DNA of 64,000 bases from Octopus sinensis (GCF_006345805.1 NC_043001.1:70122001-70186000), one strand, 5' to 3'; positions 12,624 through 30,064 are shown, counted from the first letter of the stretch. Notes: generated by a model not told the origin, from the sequence alone. Program-made: numbers and translations.

Positions 12624-14015
12624 TGAATGTAGGCATTCTTTTGCCTGTATGTATGTGTATATGCATATGTTCTATGTACATATGTATGACCCTCACTATG
12701 TGTCTGTCATACTATTTCTTTAAATTTCCTTTTCTCTCCTTCAAAATTCCAACACCGATACTCTATAATGTCGCTTCAATTAAATTGTCAAATTAAAGCA
12801 AGTTTCTTTGGAACTCACTATGTCACATTCAGCAACATTTATTTATATTGAATACGGTTTTAGAAAGCAATTAATATAATGCATCAAATTAAACATGTGT
12901 ATATATTAAGTGAAAAAATTGATGTTTAGAGAGGTCTTTTATTAACTCATTTTAAATTAGCTTAACAACAAAGAATACAGAGATTAATTTGAATCAATTT
13001 TCTTTTCACATAATATTGAGAAATTGCTTTCTTAAAACGAGGTCAAACGGATAATTCAGAAATTTATGACAGCGTCATTCAATGGCATTTAATTATATGA
13101 AACAGAGAAAAGATGACGATAAATATAACAGAGAAACTTAGTCTCACAAATATGTTTATAATAGACACGTACACACGCACACACATATATTCATAGATAT
13201 GTCCCGGATAAAATCATTCAGGATCTTATCAGGAGGTCAGCAAGAAAATAAAAGCCTTATAGGGAAATTTTCCAAATATTATATTAATAACAATACACAT
13301 AATTATGAGAACAGATTAGCAATATGCCTCGCCACACGCTGAAAATAGACGCCAAATAACGCTAAAACCGGCTTTAAAACTCCTAAAAACACATGTTGTA
13401 ATCGAGCAAAAAAAGATAATAAATTAAACTGTTACTTAATCGTGTATAAGATCTCATCTGAAGTTAAAGGTAAAAAAATACCTACGGCTATCATCAGCAT
13501 CTATATTCCGCAGCATAAGTGTACAAGTATTTACAGTCTGTGATTTTAAGTTTGTGAGGTGGTCTTAGCGTCATTTGACGTCTATTTTCATCGCGTGGAG
13601 AAGCATATTAACAACCCCTTGTTATAATTACGTATATACTTATCAATATGTATATACATACACAAATATATATATATATATACAAAATAAGAAAATGGAG
13701 AAATACACCTTAATCAATAATCAACTACCAGATAATACCCAATCATATAATTTATTAAACCACTACATATGAACATCAAGGTCAAACATAATAGTTTGGA
13801 ACAAAACAATGCACATCAATGAGTAATATGATACAATAACTACAGTATGTATAAGTGATGATAAATAAATAAATACAAATATAAATATAAATATAAGAAT
13901 TATTTGCATCGCAATTCTTAACATTTATGTATTAACTTTGTTGGGTGCTTTACTGGAAGTATATTGGATATATGTTATCCTATGGTGGGTTGCACTCACA
14001 ACCCCTATCTCAATT

Positions 14016-14084
<69 letters not shown>

Positions 14085-14806
14085 CTACACATGCATTTAT
14101 ATGTGTGAGTGCGCATGTGTATGTGTGTATGTTTATTGTTTACACAATGGTAAGATGTCTCTACCAATATGGTATTATCTGAGCGAACAAATTCTCCTCG
14201 GGAACTTTGTGTTAAGCATTACAGCACATCCTTAACGACATTAGAAGGGTTATTCACAGGTATTTTGATTTAATGTTACCTCGGTCATTCAAATCTAGTG
14301 AGTAATTTCTGCTCTTTTAGAATATTCAGCAAACAAGCCTTTTTCGTGTGGGGTTGTAGAGGATTATGGCACGCCAAATATTTCATCAGATGATCAGTTT
14401 CAAGACCATTCCACCTTGGTTTAGTACATTTTCATGAATGCTGAAGGAATGAAAATCAAATCTCACTATATAGTGAGAGAGAGAGAGAGAGAAAGAAAAA
14501 ATGAAAGAAAGGGAGAGAGAGAGAAAGAAATACCCGTATGTAGCACAACACTGCCTACCATAGTCACCTAACGAATTTCATTCAAAGCTGTCGGCTATTG
14601 GCACATGCAATAAATGGTAGTCAGCAGTACTGCTGCTGTTCATTGTAGTATGAAATAACACCTCAATGTGGAACCTAAAATATAACTTGATTATATAAGA
14701 ATCTAAAACTGCATATGTCTATCACGCTGCTTAATTTCACAAGACCAAGTAATCTATGTGTAACTTCAAAGAAGATCACATCATTCTAAATGCTCGTAAT
14801 CGGCTG

Positions 14807-14897
14807 TCATTCTATTTTAAATCCATGTTGTTCCAGCAGAAATAGATCCACAGAATTCAGGATCAGGTCAGTTACCTGCTGAATATATTTTACATGC
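14807..14897 (-). CDS. Candidate terminal exon (HVKYIQQVTDLILNSVDLFLLEQHGFKIE*)
   Basis: Acceptor gactatttttag, protein-like composition, ends in TGA; no homology recognised. Confidence 0.2.
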
Positions 14898-15781
14898 CTA
14901 AAATAGTCTATATCTTAGAATTTTAATATCAAGTTTTCCGCTACACAATTACAAAGAACATATAAATGCCTCTATGTGTACTCAAGATGTTAGTTTCTCC
15001 TTCAGTTAGTTCGTGACTTTCGAACCGCTGAAGCTCGAAGATAAGTGAATAGGAGACTAAACATACCAGTAATAGTTAATTAACTGGTTGACGAACAAAC
15101 AATTCAGGATTCACTTGTTTTCTTCTCTTTGATCATAATCTGTGTTGATTAATGATACGGATAATTTTTAACAATACAGCTGATTGAGGCTTCAAAGATA
15201 ATCCAGCTTTCAACTGAGGAACTTTCAACTGAAGAACTTTTACAGACACAACTAATGTGATTCTATCGAGATAATGATAACAACACTTCCATACACACAG
15301 TTACTTAACTACATACTGTCACTCAAATATACACCACCGCACGCGTGCACACTATAACACAAACACTATGACTCATATGACAAAATGCTGAAGAAATAAT
15401 TAAGAAGTTTGCTATTTATTTACTCAGTCATATTTAATATAATTAAGAAACCGCCTTTTATCTATATATCTCATATTTCAACTTAAATACTTTATCTTCA
15501 TTATGATCTTTATATCGCAAGAATCAACATCATTCTAGAATCCTTCGGAGACAACGACTGATCTTGACATAATGTAATTATTCATGATTTTTCTAAATTA
15601 ACATCTAATATGTTATTCAAGTCAATATATAGTATTAAATTCTTTACGTAATCATTTGTTTCAAGAACAGACACTCTTTGTAGATGACTTTTCTTTTCAT
15701 AGATATATTCAAAATATATAATGAAGTTCGATACGTTTTAAAAAATCCCATAGTTGTTATATCCAAGGAAAGGAAACTGTA

Positions 15782-15823
<42 letters not shown>

Positions 15824-17959
15824 TTTATAACTATACATATATAAATGTATATATATATATATATATATTTCATTGTTACGATCGATGTCAAAATAAAAGA
15901 GATATGAACGATATCTAAGAATTGCTCTGCACACTGGGAGATGCATTGTTTCATACACCCGTTATGACTTCTTAGCTTCTTTTATTTTTTCTTTCGTTTT
16001 CAGTACAATATTATAATTAGTTATGTGACATATCGAGACAACAGATCTTTGTTGGATAATATGCATATAATACACAGTTCACTTAATTCAACTTCAGAAC
16101 TGGGTAGTTGTCTTTAGAAATTCATATGCTTAAAAGGATCTATCAGTTATAAAATAACACTCGTGAATTAATAGCAATAAAAATATATATAAAATCCCTG
16201 ATGTATGGAAATTCATAACTGGACCATTTGGAAGCGAAGGCGAGAGACTTTGAAGAATTATGTATTATTGGACAGAAAAATTAAATTGATTTTTGTCATG
16301 TATTAACATAAAAATAAATTATATTGAAAGGATTCAAGTCGTGACGAGGAATTGATTCTTATGATTTTTCCCCTATTTCTTCCATTGCTTTGTTTTTTTA
16401 TCTGTATAAAAATACGGCATGGATTTTCGCAATCGATAAAAATGAACAGTTTTTATTAAAGTGAAAGAAAATTCAATCAGATGTATCACTCGGGGATAAT
16501 TTACATATTTTATAGCAGAAAAATTAAACGAAAATGAAAACCGTAACAACAAAAGGATTAAGAAAGTGAATTTTAATGAATATTTAGCCCTAGAGAATTT
16601 TAAGAGATAGGTGATATGATGAAGCTTCAAAAAATCAAAGGAAGTTTTTATCGATATGTAAATATATAATATTATGCAATATTGTTTTTTAAAATCTTTT
16701 CTAATCATCTATATTACCCATAATACATTTATATAGCTTCGGCGTTCTTTTGATTAAAAAATAAATGTAATTTTACAAATTTTACATTGATTATGCATAT
16801 AATTCTGTAATGAAAATCTATATTTTATATTTCTTTTCGCAATTATCTGAAAGCACTTTTCAAGTTTTAATATTTCCTTTTATTTCGATCAATTTATAAC
16901 ACATCGATTACTAAATCAAATTTTAGTTTTGCTTGCAGATAAAAGATAGATATTTTTTTCTTTCACACCCCAAGGATATCGCACAAATTCCTTAAATGTT
17001 TCTCCATGTACTTTCATTATCCACTCAGTGTTATTACATGAAAATGGAAACGAGTACAAAATTACGCTAAATTCAAACTACTATAAGGAAATTCATGCAT
17101 TGTAAATTATACTAAAGAAATCATACTTGCGTTCTAGTAGCTGCAAATTTCACGAGGTTTGTATAAAAGGTGTGACGTTCATGCCATTTTGAATGCAATT
17201 GCAACATTAGCGACAAAGTAGTTTCAATAGAAAATCGAAGACATTTGGCGCCCACGTTTCATCGTGTTCATGTTTCTGACAATGCGAATCTGTACACATT
17301 ATTCAGATATTGATTTTTTAGTTATGGTTCAAGACCCTATAATTTAAGGGAGAACAAGTAGACTATTGTGTCATTCATGTTGTGCCGTACATGGATTTTA
17401 CAATTAGATTCATAGCTGAGACGAAGCTTCTTGCTTTAGAAGTCGACAGTGGCTTTAACATTCTAATTATCTCCAGTATACACAAATACAAGAAAGCGCA
17501 CATAAACACAATGAAATGTGTGTATATATATATATAAACTACAACTGAAAGGCGCCGATTTCCAGAACTCAGAGTTGCTCGTTTCTGATCATAAGTTTAG
17601 TTTTCATTTCAATATCCATTGTCTGAATATTTTTTGAAGTATGAAATGAAAGTTTGGTGTTCTTCCGTTTACAATCATTGTGAATGACATGCGAAAACGA
17701 CTGTTTCAACCTCATACCTTTGATTTCATGTCTGATTCTTGTGTTTTTAATATAAACGTCATAAAATCCAGACAATCGGAGACAGGATTTCCATTGCTGT
17801 CCAACCAGTGTTGCACAATACAACATTTAATTAATGATTTTACAAACAATGAGTATGTATGCAGGTGTTCAATTTGCACGTGTTTATGCAGACACATACA
17901 TATGTATACACATACACACACATACATATAAAATTACATATTCATGTGTACATGTATGT

Positions 17960-17990
<31 letters not shown>

Positions 17991-18235
17991 CACACACATA
18001 CATACATACATACACATATACTTATATACATACACTGGCATATAGAGACGCTCACACAAGGATATTAAAATATATAACAATATAACCTATAAATTCTGCG
18101 TTTCAAAAATCAGGGTTTTTTTTTATAAGCCAGAACGAAATCCAAGAAAGCTAGTATTTGCATGACGGATACTTAGCCGCATGCATACAAGGCGCTAACA
18201 GTTTATATCTTTTGTGCAAGCTGTCGGAGCCTTAC

Positions 18236-18297
18236 GTCAAAATTCTCAGATTTTCGCAGAAATGCCACACTGCATTTTTGATTTAACGCTCCTGATC
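18236..18297 (-). CDS. Candidate 62-nt exon (GSGALNQKCSVAFLRKSENFD)
   Basis: Acceptor aaccttacag, donor gac|gtaagg; ends in phase 0, compatible with 9752-9705. Confidence 0.25.
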
Positions 18298-18937
18298 CTG
18301 TAAGGTTGCACATTATCTACAATAGACCAATTACTTTTCAATTCACAAGGATTTGTCTCACGCAATAATGATATAAACTTCGAGAAAGCCATAACACATA
18401 TTGTAAAGCTCGAATTCTCTTAGCATGAATTGAAACCACAAAACGATGTAGCAACACGCCCATAATATTTCCACGAGGAAGATGTATACATAACCTATAC
18501 ATAGACCAAGTAACATAAATACTCCATCAAAGCGATAATGCACTACAGACATCCAATCTTTAACTTCCAAATGCCAAACTCATAAAGTTCTTTGTGAAGA
18601 ATTTAAGCAGCAGCATTGTCAATTCTTACTCCCCCACAACCAGGATCCCTTTGCATTGCTGTTGCTGGTTCGCTTACTCATTCCTAACATCCTCCTCAAC
18701 ATTTTCTTCATTTTCTAGCAACTCGAATCGCTTTCATCCCCATTATCACTTTCGTTGTTACTTCTACCTTTTCCTCTCTTCCAAATGTTGTCCTCCATTA
18801 TTTCATCATTTACATTAAAAGCTTCTCCTTCTCCTCTCCAGATCTTCGTTTTATAACATTTCATAACATTCTTATTCCTCATCTACTTTCTCCTTACACT
18901 TCTGACCTTCTTTCACCCATAGAAATATATTAACCCA

Positions 18938-22142
<3,205 letters not shown>

Positions 22143-22144
22143 GA

Positions 22145-22688
22145 TGCAGTACCAGGCGGTGGCTCTTGTGGCTGCTAATCTTAACTGATTGGAAGTGTTA
22201 CCATGTGCATTGTTTTGTCTTGGTATAAAAGATGGGCTACAGCAAATATTCTGCTTAATACCACAGATTTGCTTGTCAGCTGTTTGACCTTAGCCAGTTG
22301 ACCATGTCCCTTAGTGGCTGATATTATGTGCATCTCTGATCACAAGCAGAAGTAGTGCGGGAGCATCATAGCCATGTGTTGAGAGGGATTTTGGGGGGTT
22401 TGAATATTTCACCTCTGGAAACATGGGTGTTTCGTACAACGTCCCTAAACAACCCTTATTCAGGGACCTTTTGAGCGGAATGGGCTAATCGACGAGAGGA
22501 AAATTGTAACTGGGCCCCACCTGTAAGGTAATGTGCTGTTTATCTTTATATGAGTTCACCATGTCGCACACATATGGTTGTGATGCATTTGCCTAGTGTA
22601 CCCTTACCAGACGGGTAGTCATGATGGGTATACTGGGCTTCGTATATTTTACCCCAGTGTCACTTTGATGGCATGCACTGCTCTCTCA
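22145..22688 (+). mobile_element. ~540-bp (AAT)n-associated repeat, full-length copy 1 (TG...CA ends, internal TATAAAA)
   Basis: tgcagtacc...ggtataaaagatggg...gcactgctctctca; colinear with 22709-23246. Confidence 0.8.
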
Positions 22689-22708
22689 ATAGTAATAATA
22701 ATAATAAT

Positions 22709-23246
22709 GTGTAGTACCGAGCAGTGACTCTCCATGATTCTAATCTTAACTGATTGGAAGTGTTATCATGTACATTGTTTTTATCTTGGTATAAAAGATG
22801 GGCTACAGCAAATATTCTGCTGAATACCACAAATTGTTTGACATTAACTAGTTGAGCATGACCCTTAGTGGCTGACGATATATGTATCTCTGATCACAAC
22901 CATAAGTAGTGATGGAGCATCATAGCCATGTATTGAGAAGAATTCTTTGGGCCTTGGATAATACACATTTGGAAGAGTGAGAGTCTCGTCCAACATCCTC
23001 AAACAACCCTCATTCAGGGACCCTTTAAGCAGGAGGGGCTACTCGACGAAACGAAAATCCTAACTGCGCCCAACCTGCAAGTTCATGCATTGTTTATCTT
23101 GATATGAGATCACCATGTCGCGCACATATGGATACGATGCATGATCCTGGTGTACCCTTATCAGACGGGTAGTCATAATGGGCATGCTGAGCTTCATATA
23201 CTTTACCCTAGTGTCACTTTGATGGCTTGTACTGCTCTGTCACTCA
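22709..23246 (+). mobile_element. ~540-bp (AAT)n-associated repeat, full-length copy 2
   Basis: gtgtagtacc...ggtataaaagatggg...actgctctgtcactca, separated from copy 1 by short (AAT)n. Confidence 0.8.
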
Positions 23247-23261
23247 ATAATAATAATAATA

Positions 23262-23313
<52 letters not shown>

Positions 23314-23345
23314 TAATTATGATGATGGTGATGATGATGATGATG

Positions 23346-23397
<52 letters not shown>

Positions 23398-23415
23398 TAT
23401 TATTATTATTATTAT

Positions 23416-23765
23416 GTGACCTGATTGAGGACAAGGCAACAGCTCTCTTGGCGTCTGACCGTAATACATTCGAAGTGTTATTGTGCACGTTTTGATTTGG
23501 TATAAAATATGGGCTACAGTAAATAATCTGCACGTTACCACAAATTTGCTTGCCAGTTACTTGACCATAACCTGTTGAGCATGTCCCTTAGTGGCTGACA
23601 ATATTTACATCTATGTTCATGAATAGGAGTAGTATGGGATCAACATAGCAATGTGTAATGAGGAATTTTTAGAGGTTTTGAATAATTCACGTCTGGAACC
23701 ATGTGTTTCTTTTACCATCCTTAAACGAAACTTAGTCACGGAGCGTTTGAACGAGCATCCGCGCA
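23416..23765 (+). mobile_element. ~540-bp repeat family, older 3'-truncated copy 3
   Basis: tggtataaaatatgggctacag...gagcatgtcccttagtggctgac...ttgaataattcacgtctggaacc. Confidence 0.7.
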
Positions 23766-24899
23766 TGTATCATACATACATACATATATACATACATACA
23801 CACATACATACATACATACATACATACATACATAATACATACATACATACATACATGCATACATACATGCATCCAAATATGCATACATACATACATGCAT
23901 ACATACACACCTGGATAATTGATACAATGATTCTCTTTGTATCTTGAGGGACTAAGTGTGACCATACATGCCAGCATCCTATACTGTGATTGTGAACAAT
24001 AATCTTAAATAGATTATATTATTAAATTAAACAGCCGCTTTGTCGAACCCTATTTGTAACATTTTCTCCCACGCATCCTTGAAACAGATTGTGTTACTTA
24101 GAAATATATGTGTTATACTCAGTTACACTGTAATTCCGCACGTAAGTAGCTGAATACTTCGAACAACTATAAGAGTTATCATCGACGGAGGACATATTCC
24201 ATTTTTATGAATTTCAATAGATACATATGGCCGAAAGTGCAGTTTACTTCCGCTTGTTTCCTTATAGTTGAAATAGATCTGATTCGAGTCTGTTTATAGA
24301 ACTAAGTAGGTTTCTAGGTTGGAATGAGGATGCTAAGTAGAGTGTGAAAGTGATGATAATATGCACAAAGATTGATATTTGATTGGTTGCTGAAGAAAAA
24401 AATGTTGATCGATAATCTGAAGTACGAAGGTAATTCGTAATAGTAACATTGAATAGTTGAGGAAGCAATCAATGGTGTAGACCGCATTTCTTATCAAAAA
24501 TACCGGCCAATTACATGTGTATATTTAGATATGTAAGGTATATGCATGCAAGTATTTATATATGTGTACGTATGCATATGTGTGCATTTACATGTATACA
24601 TATATATGTACATATTTATATGTAAACACATGCATAAATATATATGTATATACATGTATATCTATCTATCGATCTCTCTCTGTATGTATATATATATATA
24701 TACGTACAAGCATGCATATATTTTCTTCTATCGTTTACGTCTCACCTATTTCAGCTATTGGACGACACTACCTTCAAGGAATGTAATCAAACATGAATAC
24801 ACTCCATTACTTAGTTTTAAAACGCTGGTATATATTCACTTGGTAACCTTGAGCAGAACTGCTATGTTACAGTGAGTATACATACATATATATATTTAT

Positions 24900-24932
<33 letters not shown>

Positions 24933-24935
<3 letters not shown>

Positions 24936-25639
24936 CTAATTAATTAAGGGTTCAGCAACGATTTGCCTCACCACATACCGAATTTAGAATTAACAGTCAA
25001 AAGGTTTTGGCTATTCTTTCTACTTAAAAGGGCAATCCCAGTAAAATCAAAGCACTTAAAAAACAAACGACGCAGGCAAAAGAGAAAGAAATGACAGAAA
25101 TCATTCTATATTAAGTTACCTACGGACGTACGTTTCGGAATCAAGTCATTGTAGAGCATAAAAATTAAATAATTATGTCTTACCTGACTATTTTCCTCCT
25201 CAGCGTAGGACTCTTCAATTATAAATAATTGCGTCTCAATTATTAATAATTGGGTATTAAATTTGAAGGCACTAGAAGACATCACCTCAACTCATGGTAT
25301 CAGAGCGAGCGTAAGCCTTACCAGTATCACCGAATTCAAATGGTGAATGAAAGTAAATAACCTCCGCTATTCCGCCAGCGTGCTGCCAAAATAAGATGCT
25401 AAGTTTTTTTTACTGGGATAAAATACAATTATCAATAATATAGGGTGAAATTAATTAATTTAGAAATAATCATTCATTTCACCAAGTAGAGTTCGGCATG
25501 TAAAAGACCCATTCAAGGAATGTTTAAGTAATACTAATTAATTAAGAGTCCAGCAACGATTTGCCTCACCACATACCGAATTTAGAAATAGCAGTCAAAA
25601 AGTTTTGGCTATTCTTTCTACTTAAAAGGGCAATCCCAG
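24933..25639 (-). mobile_element. Non-coding hammerhead-carrying element bounded by 109-bp direct repeats (Penelope pLTR-like or retrozyme-like)
   Basis: Direct repeats 24933-25041 and 25531-25639 (period 598 bp) with a hammerhead motif between them; partial copies at 47960-48096 and 49520-49690. Confidence 0.7.
25119..25209 (-). ncRNA. Minimal type I hammerhead ribozyme
   Basis: Minus strand: stem I cctacg/cgtagg; core CTGAGGA; long stem II ggaa-aat-agtca...tgact-tga-ttcc; GAAA; stem III A-C-[GTAC]-G-T (self-complementary ACGTACGT); GUC cleavage triplet. Confidence 0.85.
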
Positions 25640-25641
25640 GA

Positions 25642-26196
25642 GAGTGTGAGAAAATGCTGCTGAGGTGATATTACGTCGCATATGAGCACGCATATTGGTG
25701 TGAAGTTTGAGAGTCTTCACCAGTGGCCACAATGTGGATGACTTAAGACTGCATCACTTACTGCATCAGCTCTAGTCCCTTTGGGAATAACGGGAAGTGT
25801 TTGTCGGAAGTCCCCTGAAAGAAGAAGTGTTATGCCTCCCATGGGAGCTGAAAAGTGTTTGATGTCTCTGAGAGATCTATCTAGTGCCTCAAGAGCACGT
25901 CTGTGGGCCATCGTGCATTCATCCTAAACGATAAGCTTGCATCATCTGAAGACTTCTGCCTGATCGGAGCTGTTACTGATGTTGCAAGTTGGTGTCTCAG
26001 TCTTCGCTAAGTGAAGCGGAAGCTTGAAAGTGGAGTGAGCTGTCCTGCCGCCTGGCAACAAAGTAGCCGCAATTCCAGATGATGCCACAGCTAGGGCAAT
26101 GCCTTGTGTTCGCCTAATCTCAGCCAATATTAATTTGTTGACAAAAGTTTTCTCAGTGCCCCCAGGAGCGTCCAGGAAAAAAATCCTCCCAAAGGC
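25642..26196 (-). pseudogene. Helitron Pif1-family helicase fragment (stops present)
   Basis: FLDAPGGTEKTF, ALAVASSGIAATLLPGGRTAHSTFKLPL, DECTMAHRRALEALDRSLRDI, GGITLLLSGDFRQTLPVIPKG. Confidence 0.9.
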
Positions 26197-26654
26197 GTTT
26201 TAACAAAAATGCTTCCGTAAAGAGGTGAAAATATTGTCAATTTCCCCAAACAGGGACACAATTGAATTTTGAAACAATAACCAAAGCCCCTTCTCAGAAA
26301 AGGGGGAGGGTTACAGTTTACAATTATTTAACAAATGCAACACAACAACGTTTCCCTGGCGAGGAACCAACAAACGTGATTACAATAGTCAAACAGTAAT
26401 AATAATAACAACAAACCTTTTTAATTTATCCCCATTTATGTGAAACCACTTATTCAAGTTCAAGTCATTGATGCAATTTTATACGAATTGCTAATACACA
26501 CACACATAATAAGGGTGAAAAATTGAATATTAATTTGATTAATATGAATTGAAAACCAGTGGTGTAACATATAAGACCATAGCTGATCTCCCTCTAGCAA
26601 AAAGGATGACCTCTATTAATGGCTCATCCCTGTTACACACGCACACATACACAC

Positions 26655-26685
<31 letters not shown>

Positions 26686-26789
26686 TACACACCTTAGCTT
26701 ACAATTTTCTTTCAACAATTGACACTGCCATATATGTATATGTTTGCGTGTCTATGTGTGTAAAGAGGAAGTGGGAGTAATAAGTGGAG

Positions 26790-27298
26790 TGAAGCATTTG
26801 AAGTGAGAGAGGGAAATCGTAAAATATTGAGTTTTCTCGAATCTTTGCTTAATTGGGGGTGAAATTGAAAGAAATTTATATGCCATGACCGAATGGATGT
26901 ACTTGGAAAAATCATAGGTAAACTCCAATTGAAGAAATTGTGTGAGAAGTAAATCGTTATGTATTTATTTGTTTCTGTTTGCTCTGTATTTTTTTTTTGA
27001 GATATAAATAATTTCACTTTAATTGTTGCACACTTGCAAAGAGAAAGGAGGAGAAAGTGTAGTGGTAATGGAAGGAGTGAAGCAGTTTAAATTAGAGAGG
27101 GAAATCGTAAAATATTTACTTTCCTCGAATTTTTGCTTAATTGGGGGTCAAATAGAAAAAAATTTACATGCTATGACCCAATGGAATCTACTTGTAAAAA
27201 TCGTAGGCAAATTCCAATTGAAGAAATTCTATATCGTACAATTGTATAAAAACGAACGGTTTGGGAGGCAGAGAAAATCTGCCTTTTATCATAAGAGA
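26790..27298 (-). repeat. Element with ~145-bp internal diverged direct repeats (26803-26950 and 27091-27235); possibly a Helitron 5' part
   Basis: gagagggaaatcgtaaaatatt...ttgcttaattggggg...ccaattgaagaaatt occurs twice; the minus strand begins tctcttatgataaaaggcag. Confidence 0.4.
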
Positions 27299-28009
27299 AA
27301 TATGTATACACACACATGGATACATATACAAAGATATACTTATACATATTTACATATATACAAATATGCATGTCTGTGAATGCCTGAGTATGTGTGATAT
27401 TATTCTATGCATAAATTATATTTACATATATCAAATTATAATTGAGGGTCCCCGTGGGTCACTGAATTAATAATCCAATTAAAATGTAAGTGGCTGTGTA
27501 TCCCCCAGACATATGTTCTCATCACTTAATTCACTAGATTAATGGGTGTAACACAGTGAGCGTGTCTAAACTGTATTTTTCTTTAATTACATCTACAATG
27601 CACACAATTGTCTCGAATACACACTCCATTTACGCAGTTTCACTCGTAAATGTATTTCTATCATATTATAGAAAATAGCATTTTGTCCGCCACGCTGTGG
27701 ATTCTGTCAGCTCACTGTCTTCTTTCTTCGAAAGTTTTGAATATACTTTCATGATATTCAAGGAAAAATAATGAATTAGTATAGTGCTTCTATATTCCAG
27801 TGCATCAAACAATTATCTTTGAGATTACCCTACGAAATAAAAATGTTTCATTCAAAATATATCTGTATTACAAAGAGACATCATTGCCTAGAAACGTATC
27901 CGTACCATATTATAAATAGAGTTTGAAGTTCAATATGGTCAATCAAGTTTAGAATTCTTTGCCCTGCTCTTGCGTGTACATTTTCGGCGTATTTGTATTA
28001 CTGTGGTAT

Positions 28010-28230
28010 CTTTTATTTTTCGGTCATTAGATTGCGGCCAGGCTGGGTCACAACCTTGCGAAAATTTTTCTCAATGTAATGAACGCGAATACCAATTTTT
28101 CGTTAAGCCTGCTACTTATTTTATCGAGTCTCTTGCCGGACCGCTATGTTACGGGGAAATAAACACACTGAAACTGGTTGTCATGTGGTTGTGGTAGGAC
28201 AAACCCAGAAACAAAGACACACACGCACAC
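28010..28230 (-). mobile_element. SINE family A, 3' tail fragment
   Basis: ggtcattagattgcggccaggctggg...tacttattttatcgagtctcttgccggaccgctatgttacgggga, same family as 63248-63618. Confidence 0.7.
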
Positions 28231-28891
28231 ACACACATGTATATAAAATATCTATACTTATTATATGTGTAAGTGGTGCGCAAAGTTAACAAACAGGGTT
28301 TTATGGTTTCACGCTCTGAGGATGAAGAATTTGGATAGAAAGTTCGACTTTTACATACTACAAACGTTTCTTGAAAATCCTATAAAGCAGAGACGGACCG
28401 AACACTTAGTAGAACTGTCAGCATACCTTAAGTGACACAGGAAACAACGTGAGTTCTTCATGAATCTGCTGTCCCGGAGTAGTACCATAAAACAATGTCC
28501 TGTCTGTTGACATACAAACATAAACATCGAGTTTTGAGTCGCACATACGTGTTATTGACGTGTGGTTTAAGGCATGCGCATGCTTAAGCACACAAACACA
28601 CAGTCATACAGTCACACACACATACAATGAGGTATACATATACCTCTACATGTGTGGATAAACACACACACACATGTATATGTGTGTGTGTACATGTATG
28701 TGTGCGTGTGTTTTTTATGCACATATGATGATTTTAAACCTAACACTAAATCATGCGTAAGTATGGAAACGTTTTACAAACGCGAAGTATGAATTCGAAA
28801 GCATAGAGTGTGACTTTAACAATGCATCCCTTTCCGCGAAAAATTTAACTCTTTGATGCCAGTAACTCTGTATTATTGACACACTCACACA

Positions 28892-28932
<41 letters not shown>

Positions 28933-28946
28933 ACAGACAGACAGTC

Positions 28947-28977
<31 letters not shown>

Positions 28978-29454
28978 AAGGCAGAGACGGGGGCAAAAAT
29001 TTATACAGATAGGTAGATAGGTAGATAAAGAGAGAGAGAGAGAGAGATGTGTGTGTGTGTGTGTGGTGTCTGTATTTGTGTGTATATGTGTGCGTGTCGT
29101 CACGCTCCATGCTTTCGTATTCACACTTGGTGTTTGTACAATTTTTCCATATTTACGCATGGTTTAGTGTAGTCTTGAATCATGGTATATGTATAAACAC
29201 GCGCGCGCGTAATTCGTTTATGTTTATGTGCGTGTGCTTTTATTTATAAACAAACTACACTTCTGTGTTTTATTGCATATACAAACATAAGTCTACATAT
29301 TTCATGGAATTTATGTGGGCGTAAGTATTAGTATCTGGCATATCTATGAAACAAAAATATTACAATAGTTTCCTAAGCTACTGATGAGAAGATATTGCAC
29401 TGTTTGACAATTTTGTTGTTCAGAATTGCTTTTTCTTGTAAGGATCGTGCAATG

Positions 29455-29610
29455 ATACTCTTTACTCTTTTACTCTTTTACTTGTTTCAGTCATTTGACT
29501 GCGGCCATGCTGGAGCACCGCCTTTAATCGAGCAACTCGACCCCGGGACTTATTCTTTTGTAAGCCCAGTACTTATTCTATCGGTCTCTTTTGCCGAACC
29601 GCTAAGTAAC
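29455..29610 (-). mobile_element. SINE family A, 3' tail fragment (young)
   Basis: tactcttttacttgtttcagtcatttgactgcggccatgctggagcaccgcc...ttttgccgaaccgctaagt, near-identical to 63260-63400. Confidence 0.85.
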
Positions 29611-30064
29611 GATATTTGCTTAAAATATGATAAAACACTAATAAAACAAAATGAGTTTTTAATGCGTTATTTCACTGACATCAAACATATTCTAGCGTGG
29701 AATAGGAAACAGTGTTTGTATTTGGAAAGTAACTTTATTTAATATTTCAAATCTTAGAATGACTCACCATGGGTACATAGTTTGTGATATATATTTTTCT
29801 TTATTTGTTTCTAATACTTACTAGTCATTGCGCAGTCCAAATTGCGCAGTTTAACATACAAACATAGAAGATCATATAATATATACATACTGAAAACCCA
29901 ACATCTATCACATCTATACGCGTGTGTTTGTTGGTGTGTGTCTATATGTGTATGCATGTGAATATATATATTATTATAATATATATATTATTATAATATA
30001 TATATTATTATTATTATTATTATTATTATATTATTATTATTATTTATTATTATTATTATTATTA

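Noticed and set aside
18358-18870. Hydrophobic 70-aa ORF and upstream acidic stretch suggesting a membrane protein or piggyBac N-terminus
   Set aside because: No recognisable motif, no splice support, multiple stops in the acidic region.
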